Source of the DNA: a virus
Taxonomy: Duplodnaviria > Caudoviricetes
Virus record (IMG/VR): IMGVR_UViG_3300007973_000016
Span: 1-30,393 of that record
Direction: 5' to 3' (one strand)
Length of the DNA: 30,393 nucleotides
Positions 1 to 9,591 of this stretch are shown here, piece after piece. Made by a program: the position numbers and the translations under genes. Position 1 is the stretch's first letter. The number at the start of each line of letters is the position of its first letter. The notes below the pieces were generated by a model, which saw nothing but the letters and a program-made list of their open reading frames with translations, was not told the DNA's origin and ran no database searches.

Positions 1-1524
1 AGTGAGAGATGATGCAGTGCCAGTCAGGCCAGTTCCTGGGCCGGTGAAATTGGTGGCAGTCAGTCCACCTGCAAATGATGCACTGCCGTCTGCCTCAATC
101 GTAGCCAGAACGGTTGCCTGATGGTTTCGTATTTGCAGTCTTCCAACACCTGCATTGCTGTACTTTCCGATTACGAAGTCGGCTCCAGGTGATGACGAGA
201 ACGCGATGCCAGCGAACGAGTTGTTTGCACCAGTGGCTTGATCATCACGGATGTGGATGGTTCCGCTATAAGTCTGGCCAGACGCCGCAGAAGAGACGTA
301 AAGCCTTCCTCCGGTCATCGTGATCCCAGCGCCTACTGTCAGCAGTCCTGAAAGAGTTCCGCCACTCAACGGCAGCTTTGTCGCGTCCGGGTATGACGTG
401 TAATTGCCGGCGTGGATGATCGTGCTTCCGTTGACCGTCGGAGTTCCGGTGAATCGAGGGGAAGGCAGGAACCCAAGCAGCGCACCAACACTCGGCTCAT
501 TGCCGTCAACCTCCTCGAAACGCGGACCCCAGAAGTCGAGCAGCGCCGCCGGGTCGGTTGAGTAGTAGAGGTAAACACGGTGGGTCTGGGCTTGCGCTCC
601 AGCCGCCATCTTGTAGTCAGTGTAGTTGAGGACTTTCTGCCCGGTCTCACCGTCGTACAAACCACCGTAGCTCGTCGTGGACCCGTCGTTGTTGGCGTGG
701 ACGTAGCCGACAGAAAGATACCACTTCGACTGGGTGAATGTGTTGATTGTGAAGTTGCCGAAATACGGGTTGGTGTTCGCCGTATTGTCCAGGTTCAAAG
801 TCGAACCAGATGAACACCCATGATAGAACTGCCCATTGGTCGATGCGCTGCTCCGCCGGACCCACACAATTGATCGGTACGTCTTGTTCGCGGTGAGCCC
901 GTTGATGTCCTTGTTCCAGCCACCATCAGCGTCAGATGTCGCGTCGTTGTTTGTTGTCGCCCAAACAAGTCCTGGAGAAGTATACGGCGTGTCCTTGTAG
1001 GATCGCGTGTTCTCGGCTGCAGTGTTTCCATTGGCAGCAAAGTTGGTTCCGTAATACCCAACGCCATCCCCTGTTCCAGCCGTCCACCCATCAGCGGCGG
1101 CGTAGTTGATGTCAGCACCAGGAGCTAGAATACCCTGACCAGCATTAAGCAATCCCGTCAGCGTGCCGCCCGTGAGAGGGAGGGCGTCGGTAATTCCGTA
1201 CCCGGCAAGGGTTGTAGGGTTCGTTCCTGCGGTGACCCGGCCCTTGGCGTCAGTTGTGACAGAACGGTAGGTTCCCGCAGTACCGACGTTCGGAAGACTC
1301 AAATTCACCGAACCAGCGGTGGATGTGACGTCTCCAGTATACGCCGGCATTCGCGCTGCAAGGATCGTTCCGGCGTTCAGATTGCCCGCATCCTGATAGT
1401 ACGCTCCATGCTGCCCATCTAGTAAGTCTGCGTTGAAGTTTGAAACAAGAGTCGAACTGTTGACAACCAACGGCGCTGACGCGCTTGGTGTGGTAATCGT
1501 GATCGGATTTAGGAATTTTGGCAT
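1..1524 (-). CDS. Tail fibre / receptor-binding protein, partial (runs off the left edge; missing from the ORF track)
   Basis: Manual translation from ATG at 1524 is open to position 1: MPKFLNPITITTPSASAPLVVNSSTLVSNFNADLLDGQHG...GTYRSVTTDAKGRVTAGTNPTTLAGYGITDALPLTGGTLTG.... NADLLDG, VTTDAKGRVT, PTTLAGYGITDA and LPLxGGTLxG are typical tail-fibre motifs. Confidence 0.9.
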   Translation of the reverse strand, partial: MPKFLNPITITTPSASAPLVVNSSTLVSNFNADLLDGQHGAYYQDAGNLNAGTILAARMPAYTGDVTSTAGSVNLSLPNVGTAGTYRSVTTDAKGRVTAGTNPTTLAGYGITDALPLTGGTLTGLLNAGQGILAPGADINYAAADGWTAGTGDGVGYYGTNFAANGNTAAENTRSYKDTPYTSPGLVWATTNNDATSDADGGWNKDINGLTANKTYRSIVWVRRSSASTNGQFYHGCSSGSTLNLDNTANTNPYFGNFTINTFTQSKWYLSVGYVHANNDGSTTSYGGLYDGETGQKVLNYTDYKMAAGAQAQTHRVYLYYSTDPAALLDFWGPRFEEVDGNEPSVGALLGFLPSPRFTGTPTVNGSTIIHAGNYTSYPDATKLPLSGGTLSGLLTVGAGITMTGGRLYVSSAASGQTYSGTIHIRDDQATGANNSFAGIAFSSSPGADFVIGKYSNAGVGRLQIRNHQATVLATIEADGSASFAGGLTATNFTGPGTGLTGTASSLT

Positions 1525-1551
1525 GGCTCAGATAACCTCTCAATTTACTGA

Positions 1552-3375
1552 TCAGAAGCCGACGATGACGACTCGGTAGTTGGTTCCAGAAGGTGGAGCA
1601 ACCGCAAACGTAACTGTGACTACGCTTGTTGAAGTAGCAGTATCGTCTGTGTATACCCTTGCTCCAGTAGAAATCTCGTACACAGCCACAATCACGTCCT
1701 TGGTTCCAAGGCTGTGCGTAATCGCGAAAGCAGTAGTTGAGCTATCTGCTGTGATTTGAGCAGCAAAGAGCGCAGGGATGTTGGCGTTCTGATCCTTGAA
1801 CGTGTACGTCCTGGTCGCAGTCGGACCAGCCACCGTGAAGAACGTGCTTCCGGTGCCACCCTTTGCAACAGGAAGCGTTCCGGATGTCATGTTGTTCAGA
1901 TCGACTGTTCCGTAAGCAATAGCACTTCCAGTGCTGTACAGAACTGTGTACTGAGACCCAACCGTGCTCATTCCTGTGCCGCCGTTGGACACTGTAAGAG
2001 TTCCAGATACAGCCGCAGCGTTACCAATGTTTATGGCTCCAAACGCCAATGCATTGCCAGCAGCGTTGATGCGTAACACCTGGTCTGCCGTGCCTGCTAC
2101 GGTCGATACATTGGCAGTCGATGGACCAGCGTTACATAGGACTGAAAGCGCATTTATCTGCGCTAGAGTTCCTGTGCTTATCCTGCCCCAGGAAGGCGCA
2201 GTGCCGACTCCGTTGGATATCAGCGCGTTGCCAGCTGCAACAGCTGCGAGCATACCAATGGAAGTGGTTCCAGAAGCATATGGAATGTCGCCAACCGAGT
2301 AGTTTGAGCTCTGGGCAAAGTGGAATTCTGTTCCAACCTGAACAATGCCTCGGCCACCAGTATATGCACCTGCTCCAGAAAACTGAGCCCATATCAATCC
2401 GGTTGTATCTAATACTGGAACACCGTTAGTTGTCATCACCCATCCGGTGTCACCATAAGCTGTTCCTTGCTCGACAAACGTAAATGAACCAGAGCTAATT
2501 TCTGCGCTTGTATTAAAATCTGACGCTCTAGTCAGTATCCAGTTTGCGCTAGCACCACCAGTTGATGTTACTACATAAATACCATTTGTTGATGTATCTG
2601 CTTGATTTTTTACAAGCACTCTGTTTCCAACTGAAAGTGGAAGACCATCTATTGTTAGTCCACTCTGTGCTCCTGAATTAGTTAGTGTGAATGTAGGAGA
2701 TCCAACATACGCTGCAGTAAGTGCTGCGGTTGTAGCTACAACTACAGACTGCTTAACATCAAGCCCTTGTGCAGTAGCATCAACGTATGCTTTTGTTGCG
2801 GCGTCCTGGGCATTAACAGGATCGGAAAGTCCTGTGATTTTATAGCTACCCATAGCCACGTCTGCTGCTGCCGCACCAAATCCAGAAAGTGGGATCGACG
2901 ACTTGGTAGTAGCAGAGCCTACGTTTCCGGCGCTGCCGACGATGAACGATCCGCTGGCTAGCGCGATGTCGCCAACAGCCACCGAGAGAGCGGTGATGTT
3001 GATGTTTACGTCTGCCGAGCCGTTGAAACTAGCCGCAGTCGCCGTAACCTTCGTGCCTGAGATTCCGATGTTTCGAGAATTCGCAAGTATCGTTGCCTGG
3101 GACGCGACACCAGTTAGATTGGCCGTGATCGTGCCAGCAGCGAAGTTTCCCGATGAGTCGCGCCGAACCTCTGTGTTCGTGGTGTTCGCGGTGTCAGACG
3201 GATAGATGTCAATGAATCCGGATCCGTTGTTCCACTTCGGGCGGTTGACGGTGGAATCGTAGAGAATCTGACCAGCACGATTCGTTGTCGGCAGGCTCGC
3301 CGTCGGAACGTTCTGAAGCAGGAAGTTCTGGATCTCCAGGTTGCTGAGATTGATCGGCGTGAGAAACTTTGGCAT
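1552..3375 (-). CDS. Tail fibre protein (607 aa)
   Basis: G/S/T/A-rich. Motifs RDSSGNFAAGTITANL, KITGLSDPVNAQDAATKAYVD, RVLVKNQ..NGIYVV, and GTLxVxxGGTG repeats. C-terminal THSLG beta-sandwich domain. Confidence 0.88.
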   Translation of the reverse strand: MPKFLTPINLSNLEIQNFLLQNVPTASLPTTNRAGQILYDSTVNRPKWNNGSGFIDIYPSDTANTTNTEVRRDSSGNFAAGTITANLTGVASQATILANSRNIGISGTKVTATAASFNGSADVNINITALSVAVGDIALASGSFIVGSAGNVGSATTKSSIPLSGFGAAAADVAMGSYKITGLSDPVNAQDAATKAYVDATAQGLDVKQSVVVATTAALTAAYVGSPTFTLTNSGAQSGLTIDGLPLSVGNRVLVKNQADTSTNGIYVVTSTGGASANWILTRASDFNTSAEISSGSFTFVEQGTAYGDTGWVMTTNGVPVLDTTGLIWAQFSGAGAYTGGRGIVQVGTEFHFAQSSNYSVGDIPYASGTTSIGMLAAVAAGNALISNGVGTAPSWGRISTGTLAQINALSVLCNAGPSTANVSTVAGTADQVLRINAAGNALAFGAINIGNAAAVSGTLTVSNGGTGMSTVGSQYTVLYSTGSAIAYGTVDLNNMTSGTLPVAKGGTGSTFFTVAGPTATRTYTFKDQNANIPALFAAQITADSSTTAFAITHSLGTKDVIVAVYEISTGARVYTDDTATSTSVVTVTFAVAPPSGTNYRVVIVGF

Positions 3376-3387
3376 ATAGGTGGTTGG

Positions 3388-3897
3388 TTAAGTTAGGTAT
3401 GCGTTTCCGCTAAAAGAGTTTGTAAAGCTGATCCGAAGCTGCGTGGTGGAGTCATGCAACACATCTCCGCAAACCTCATTTCCAATAGAGTCAATTACAG
3501 TTGCAGAAGGTTTCCATCCAAGGTTGTGAACGATAATCCATTCGGTTGAAGGAACTCCTTGTGAGTGAGTGTACCTTGCGCTGGCAATAGCGTTTGTGAC
3601 CGACTCACTGACGATTTGCTCAACCTCTTCGAGGCTGACTCCGCCTCCACTACCCCCTATCTGGACTATCGTTGTGTCTGCACTATCTGAAGTCTGATCA
3701 GGCATCGAATCGCGCACGTCTCCAATGAGTGAACGCAATATATCATCCTCACGCTTCAGAGCCTCTCGAACACGAGACCACCAGTCGGTGAATGCCGCTT
3801 GCCCTGTCTTGGACAATCCGTCCAGCACTGGCATATCAGGCAGCATGAGAAGCTGCCGGTCTGCTGTGTCCGGATTCGATTTGCGGGTGAAGCTCAT
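3388..3897 (-). CDS. Tail accessory / fibre-anchoring protein (169 aa)
   Basis: Start overlaps the nozzle stop. N-terminal helical segment (WWSRVREAL) and C-terminal YTHSQ..WIIVHNLG..PSATVIDS.G...FSGNAYL domain seen in phage tail proteins. Confidence 0.65.
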   Translation of the reverse strand: MSFTRKSNPDTADRQLLMLPDMPVLDGLSKTGQAAFTDWWSRVREALKREDDILRSLIGDVRDSMPDQTSDSADTTIVQIGGSGGGVSLEEVEQIVSESVTNAIASARYTHSQGVPSTEWIIVHNLGWKPSATVIDSIGNEVCGDVLHDSTTQLRISFTNSFSGNAYLT

Positions 3898-6323
3898 TTC
3901 CGGTGGTAGCTCTTGCTGGCGACCTGACCGAACTCCCAGGTACGCTGATGGAGTCGGATCGGCTTCTGAACGTTTGTTCTGACCTCGTCTCGGATGTAGT
4001 GAGCGATGGTGTGCAGCGGCACCAGGCCACGGCTTCCGACGCTCGAGATGTTCATGGTACCAATGGTGAACTCATCAGACTCCTGGTTGAGAGCGGTATA
4101 GAACGCTACCTCAGCCACCGGTCCATCAACCTGCTGGCTGGAGAACTGGAGGTTGTACGAGGTGACTCGCTTCTCGTTATACGGATCACCGAAGTGTATC
4201 AGTCCGCTGGATAGTGTCGCCTGGTAGGAGGCCTTGGTCTCGCTGTATGGCCTGGCGTTGCGCCGATACCAGATCGACTTCTTGTCTTCCCATGCGTCAG
4301 TCGGTTTGTCGGACAGGCCGTACTGCACAAGCACACCGTTCGACGTTCCCATGAGAAACCAGTTCGATGTCTCCTTCACCAGGGGAGCGGATGGATCCTT
4401 GACCGGTGCGGATGCAGTGAACGCGAAGTCGATTGTAGAGAACGTGCTGTAGACGTGGTCAAAGCACAGCGTCTTTGTCGGCGACGACGGACAGGTGATC
4501 CATACCTCTTGGGTTAGGTGGTTATCGGATGAGTAGATCGACTCTGTGTCAGCGATGTTCGCGGTGTCGTAGAACAGGTTTGACACGTAGTCTGCTGACT
4601 CGACCGGTGTAGGAATTCGACTCACTAGGTCGAACTGGTAGAACCTGTTTCTGCCTGCGTAGAAATGAATCCTGTTGTTGATCGATACCAGCGTGTTTCG
4701 GAAGTACAGACCGCGACCATGAGATGCGACTATGCGCTCAAACTCAAACGGACGGTCAGCCGATCCGGTGTATCTCCCAACAAATATGTTCGAGTCCTTG
4801 TAGAGAATCACTCGACCCTGTAGTCGAGCAATCTTCAGAATGGCAGAACCATCATCCTGGAGATCCTCGTAACCAGCAGTGCCTCCGATAGAGGAAAACC
4901 GCATCACGGATCCAGATCCAGACACCACGGTCTTTTCCTTGATCGTGATCACGCCAGGTCCAGTGCCTGTGACCGTGGTCTGCAGCGTTCCTCCAGCCTC
5001 ACCCGCGCCCTCAATTGCGACCACATCACCGGTCTTGATTGATCGATTCGTGCGGGTGACTGAGATCACGCTGGACCGCGCCTCAAAAGTGCATGGAATC
5101 CGAACAGCGAATCGGGTTGGTTGCTCTAGCTCAGACCAAATAGCGCGGTACTGGCGCTGGCTGTAACCGAGCGGTGTGTTCTGGCGAGACAGGTTAACTG
5201 CCGTCTTCAGATTTTTGATTCCGAGATAAGCCTTAGGATTGTCGTACTTCACCACTCCGGATTGAATCGGCCAGTCGGAGTCCACAATGGCGACTGTTGA
5301 GTTGACGACCTCGACGATAGTGCGGACGGATCCATCAGGCCAGGACATCACCTTGCCATCCATATCGAACGTGAAGAACGCTGCGGACGCGGTGATCTGG
5401 AAGGCCTTGCTGGTAGATATCTGCTGGGTGTCTGTGATGTGGAACGTACGTCCAAGTGGCACAGCATCTCCAGGTGCCACAACGATCTGGGTTTCGCTAT
5501 TGCGCGAGATGATCGTCTGCCGCTTTCCATTCGACCATACAAGCACGCGCCCAACATCTGAAGACTGGAAGAACGCAGTGTTTGCGGTGACCACGGTGCC
5601 AGTGCTGGTCGCGTTGACATTCCGGTTCCGATCGAATCCTCCCTGGTAGACAGTGATAGCTCCAGAAGTGACCAAGCCAAGGACGGTGTCCAAATCAGTG
5701 GAATCGATCTCGGTTGTGTCGCCGCCCATCAGAATCGATGAGTCCTCGCCGATGGTGCCCAGGCAGATGACGCCCTGCTCGCGAAGTTCGTAGAGCGGCT
5801 TGGTTTCCCAGTACTCGACGCGGTACTCTACCGGAAGATCGACTCCGTTGGAGAATACCGTGGATCCGTTGACATCAACAGCCTCCCATCGACGGCCATC
5901 TGGATCGAATCCAGATCCAATGATTTGCCAGCGTTTGGGTGTCGCGAAATACGGCTGAGAAATTGATCCAATAGGACCGTCAAGCAAGCCGCTCGCATAG
6001 TCAGCAGTGGTGTATCCTTCAAGAACAGCGTTGAACCGGTAAAGAGTCGTGGCGTTTCCAACGACTATCGCGCTATCACCGTTTGGTCTTCGTACGTGGT
6101 GAATGAGGTTTATCGGAGACGACGAACCAGGGAACGGAAACGCCCTGAAATCTGTTTCTTCTGGAAGCGGGTTGAAATAATCCCACCCCTCTCGCGTCAT
6201 CTCGTCTGTCAGGTCGCGACGCCAGTTCACCTTCGCAGTGTACCTCTGCGCCCCGACGTCAGCAGACGCAGCCCTCGTGATGAGGGTTCCTCCGTCCGCA
6301 GGTTTGACCGTGAGTTGCGCCAT
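3894..6323 (-). CDS. Podovirus tail nozzle / stabilisation protein (P22 gp10 / T7 gp12-like), 809 aa
   Basis: Size, position after the adaptor region, and beta-propeller-like strand pattern (AIWSELEQPTRF, VILYKDSNIF, QEVWITCP). Functional call is an inference. Confidence 0.65.
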   Translation of the reverse strand: MAQLTVKPADGGTLITRAASADVGAQRYTAKVNWRRDLTDEMTREGWDYFNPLPEETDFRAFPFPGSSSPINLIHHVRRPNGDSAIVVGNATTLYRFNAVLEGYTTADYASGLLDGPIGSISQPYFATPKRWQIIGSGFDPDGRRWEAVDVNGSTVFSNGVDLPVEYRVEYWETKPLYELREQGVICLGTIGEDSSILMGGDTTEIDSTDLDTVLGLVTSGAITVYQGGFDRNRNVNATSTGTVVTANTAFFQSSDVGRVLVWSNGKRQTIISRNSETQIVVAPGDAVPLGRTFHITDTQQISTSKAFQITASAAFFTFDMDGKVMSWPDGSVRTIVEVVNSTVAIVDSDWPIQSGVVKYDNPKAYLGIKNLKTAVNLSRQNTPLGYSQRQYRAIWSELEQPTRFAVRIPCTFEARSSVISVTRTNRSIKTGDVVAIEGAGEAGGTLQTTVTGTGPGVITIKEKTVVSGSGSVMRFSSIGGTAGYEDLQDDGSAILKIARLQGRVILYKDSNIFVGRYTGSADRPFEFERIVASHGRGLYFRNTLVSINNRIHFYAGRNRFYQFDLVSRIPTPVESADYVSNLFYDTANIADTESIYSSDNHLTQEVWITCPSSPTKTLCFDHVYSTFSTIDFAFTASAPVKDPSAPLVKETSNWFLMGTSNGVLVQYGLSDKPTDAWEDKKSIWYRRNARPYSETKASYQATLSSGLIHFGDPYNEKRVTSYNLQFSSQQVDGPVAEVAFYTALNQESDEFTIGTMNISSVGSRGLVPLHTIAHYIRDEVRTNVQKPIRLHQRTWEFGQVASKSYHRK

Positions 6324-6354
6324 GCCAGTCTGTTACCCTCGCAAAGAGGTTTCT

Positions 6355-7365
6355 TCAAGAAGTTACGACCTCCTTCAAATATTGGGACATCAAGGCTCCA
6401 TGATAAACCTTAAATATTCCGCAGTACGAGTCGTTGATTCCGATCGAAACAATCCAGTCTTCTCCGTCAAATATGGCTCCGCATGGAAGAGCAACGATTG
6501 GAGACCAATCAGACTTGCTCGTGTCAAAGCAGAAACCATCAGACGGGTCGCTAGCAACGATCGGCCATGGCGTGAACATCCGAACCCTCATCTTCTCATC
6601 GAATGCGTAAGCGCCCACGAAGTACTGACGCTTGTGGACCTTGTGCGTTCGGTATGAGTGGAAGAACGACACCCAAAGGTCTCCAGCTTTAACTGGAGGT
6701 GTTCCGCCATGAGGGATTCCGAAAATCCAATTTCCATTGTGGCGGTGATACCAAACCTTTCTGGTTTCCACCTCGAATACAATGAATGGCTCTATATTGT
6801 AGACCATCTTCAGCATTCCAGCATCACTGAAGTAGGTCCAGTTTTTCTCGTGAGACGCTCCATTCACTCCAAACCGGTTATCGTGATGAAGCAATGCTGA
6901 GCGTCCATCATTGTTCAGCTGAGCGCAGTGCATCATGCATTCCCATACGTTCCCTGCAGAATATTCTGCTGACGTGTACGAGATGTGTAGGTTTTCCCTA
7001 TGGTGGAAGATTCTTGGATCTTCAGAGTTTGGGCCGAATAGGCTTGATACAACTCTATGATTCGATGACTTGCGTAGATCCTGGTCTAGATCACACATCA
7101 CAATGTGCGAATGAACACCCAATCCAATCTCTGAGCGATCGTTGAATCCATGCCGCCTGAATGCCATCAGTGTCTTGTCTCCACTCCTGATAATGCTTGG
7201 ATTGTATGCCCTCAATCCAGGCGTGTTCATTTCAGAGTTGTCTACAATCCAGAACCTATCAGGCTTCTGTCTGTTTCTTTCAAGCGCCTGCCTAACATCA
7301 TCCGGAAGATCTCTTGAAAGCCACTGACCACATCTGGTCTCTAGAAATCCGTGATGGAGTTGCAT
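6355..7365 (-). CDS. Five-bladed beta-propeller glycoside hydrolase/phosphorylase-like protein (GH130/GH43-like clan)
   Basis: Motifs YNPSI, EDPRIF, EKNW, HGGTPP, PCGA and VSIGIND. Confidence 0.75.
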   Translation of the reverse strand: MQLHHGFLETRCGQWLSRDLPDDVRQALERNRQKPDRFWIVDNSEMNTPGLRAYNPSIIRSGDKTLMAFRRHGFNDRSEIGLGVHSHIVMCDLDQDLRKSSNHRVVSSLFGPNSEDPRIFHHRENLHISYTSAEYSAGNVWECMMHCAQLNNDGRSALLHHDNRFGVNGASHEKNWTYFSDAGMLKMVYNIEPFIVFEVETRKVWYHRHNGNWIFGIPHGGTPPVKAGDLWVSFFHSYRTHKVHKRQYFVGAYAFDEKMRVRMFTPWPIVASDPSDGFCFDTSKSDWSPIVALPCGAIFDGEDWIVSIGINDSYCGIFKVYHGALMSQYLKEVVTS

Positions 7366-7964
7366 ATATCCTCAGCCCGTTTTATCGCATCGTCCACGCC
7401 GCTGTTGGACCATGCGTGAAAGAATGTCGGCGAAGTGCTCAAGCGCGGAGATTGTGGGTTGGATACGATGGTCTCAGGAAGCATTCTGATGTGGTAACCA
7501 CAATCTCCAACCATCGTGATCGACTTCAAGCAGTCCTGCTCGTGTGTTCGATGAAGGCCACGCTGCGGAATGATTGCTGTCAATCCCGCAACGAAATCAG
7601 TAGTCCACTGGCATGATCTGTACGCCACGAATCCGGCGCATAGCCCATGGCGATCCCATGAGAAATGTATGTCTCCATCGGGCATGATGAAGTCTTTCCA
7701 AGACACCGGAATAACATCCGTGTCAGCCCATACAACAATGTCGTGGTCGCATATCAACTCCCGGACGAGCGGGTACTTCCTATAATTATGATCGTGATAG
7801 TGGTCAGCCGAATTAACGTGCCTCACGATGTGACGCCAGCCGTTTGCTTTGCACCACATCGCCATCTTAGGAATGAAGTAACGAGCGAGATCGATGTGAT
7901 TCTCGTCGTATGACTGAGCGATTACACGGCTATGCGTTGGCATAACCAGTGCAATCAACATCAC
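7341..7964 (-). CDS. GT-A fold glycosyltransferase (GT34/Mnn10-like)
   Basis: Family-like order of motifs: YRKYPLV, WADTDVI (DxD), DRHGLCAGF, HEQDCL, FFHAW. Exact start uncertain. Confidence 0.7.
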   Translation of the reverse strand: MMLIALVMPTHSRVIAQSYDENHIDLARYFIPKMAMWCKANGWRHIVRHVNSADHYHDHNYRKYPLVRELICDHDIVVWADTDVIPVSWKDFIMPDGDIHFSWDRHGLCAGFVAYRSCQWTTDFVAGLTAIIPQRGLHRTHEQDCLKSITMVGDCGYHIRMLPETIVSNPQSPRLSTSPTFFHAWSNSGVDDAIKRAEDICNSITDF

Positions 7965-9585
7965 GATCCTGCAGCTTTTGGATTGTAACTCTATCGACCA
8001 CCTCGTTATCGACGGTTACCATCTCGAACTGCATTTCGGAATCGTTTGCACTAAATCTAAGGAACCCATTTTTATCTCTGAAGAAAATCTGTGAACCGGT
8101 CGGAGTTGAAGACGTCGACTTTCCACGTTTCGTGGCACCACCAAGTCCGCAGATGACGTGCATCAGTCCATGTTGGTCTAGGATACGCTCGTAGTTGTGA
8201 GAGTGTGCGTTGACCACCAGGTCGAATCCCATCTCATGCAGGTTCAGATTCCGCATTAGCTCGCTGCCAGGAGCGTGACTCACGTCACTGGTGTACGCCG
8301 GTCTGTGGTATACTGCCACGAGCCACTTCTCCTTGGCTGCACAGGTGCGCTGCCACAGCCAGGCCTTCTGCTCAGAGAAGAACACGTTAGCATCTGACTC
8401 TCCAGATCCACTGTTCAGCACAAAGAATCGGATTGGACCCTGAGCGAACTCATACCAGTACTTGTTGAGTGTCTGGTTCGCGCCAATGACCGTCTTAAGG
8501 ATTGGAATCTCCTCGAAGAACGCAGCGCCATAGTCGGTCTCGAGATCGTGGTTTCCGAAGGCGAAGTACATCCGGTTCTCTTGAATGAAGTTCCAGTAGT
8601 GCTTTGTGAACAGGTCGCGAATAAGTGCTCGGTTTCCTCCACTCAATCCGCCTGTTCCGTATGCGGCATCTCCCATGTGGACGACGAATTGCGGGTTCAA
8701 CGCACGCACCGCACGAGCCACCTCGATAGTGTCAGCAAGTGTCGACTGCTCGCCACTGTCACCAAACATCACCCACTCGATCATTGGAGAGGTAATGGCC
8801 AGGCTCTCGCACGAACCGGTGAGAGCTTCCGGAGAAACCGTTCCGCATCCACCAGGTATGACATTGTCGAGCACCAGGATATCGTTGTTGCACGCCGTCG
8901 GAGGGGCGCAGTCAGCGTCGCTCTCTGCACGCTTGAGCCTGAGCCTCTCCTGAACCTCTGAATACAGCGAAGCAATGCTAGTTCGGTAGGTTCGCTCGTA
9001 ATCCCTGGCAAGTGCTAGGTCGCGCTCCACTTCACGAGCCAGTTTCATCTTCACATACTCGTGAACAATGGAAACCACAGGCTCATCAAACGGAACAACA
9101 TCCGTCTCGGCGTAGTCAGCATCAGCACCACGGCCGACCACGGCATCCCAGACAATCTGGATCGCGTACCCTGGAGTGAGCGCGGGGTATGCATAGATGT
9201 CTCTGGCCGAATCACGATGATCGATGCAGTACCGGAAGTGGCTTCCGCTGCATCCGATATTGATGACACCTCCAACTAGCTCACGCTTGTTTGAGAATGG
9301 CACCTCGTGCAGTGGCCGACTTGCAGAAATGCTTCCGGTCTTAATGTGGTAGAGTTCGCGCAGGCTAGCACCCTTCGGAAGCTGAGCTTTGGATGCAAAC
9401 CCCTCACGAATCACGTCGTCGTGATCCAATGTCGTCACGATGCCCTTGCGATAGTAGTCGATGAGTCGTTGAACATCTCCGACTGCAAGCCGCACTTGGC
9501 GGTCAATGAACGGCTGCACGCCGAGTCGGCGTCGCTCAATTGCGAGCAACTCATCGACGGCAGCTTTAAACTCGGACCACGTCAT
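7930..9585 (-). CDS. Putative head-tail adaptor fused to a purple-acid-phosphatase-like metallophosphoesterase (551 aa)
   Basis: N-terminal ~220 aa look like an adaptor (MTWSEFKAAVDELL, IYAYP, helical C-end). A Cys-rich linker follows, then FGDSG, MGDAAYG, FGNHD, AVYHRP and AHSHNYER metal-ligand motifs. Confidence 0.75.
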   Translation of the reverse strand: MTWSEFKAAVDELLAIERRRLGVQPFIDRQVRLAVGDVQRLIDYYRKGIVTTLDHDDVIREGFASKAQLPKGASLRELYHIKTGSISASRPLHEVPFSNKRELVGGVINIGCSGSHFRYCIDHRDSARDIYAYPALTPGYAIQIVWDAVVGRGADADYAETDVVPFDEPVVSIVHEYVKMKLAREVERDLALARDYERTYRTSIASLYSEVQERLRLKRAESDADCAPPTACNNDILVLDNVIPGGCGTVSPEALTGSCESLAITSPMIEWVMFGDSGEQSTLADTIEVARAVRALNPQFVVHMGDAAYGTGGLSGGNRALIRDLFTKHYWNFIQENRMYFAFGNHDLETDYGAAFFEEIPILKTVIGANQTLNKYWYEFAQGPIRFFVLNSGSGESDANVFFSEQKAWLWQRTCAAKEKWLVAVYHRPAYTSDVSHAPGSELMRNLNLHEMGFDLVVNAHSHNYERILDQHGLMHVICGLGGATKRGKSTSSTPTGSQIFFRDKNGFLRFSANDSEMQFEMVTVDNEVVDRVTIQKLQDRDVDCTGYANA

Positions 9586-9591
9586 GGTGTG

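Noticed and set aside
114-1543. Several short ORFs listed on both strands at the left end
   Set aside because: They are off-frame shadows of the open tail-fibre frame 1524 to <1, which the track omits because it has no stop in the window.
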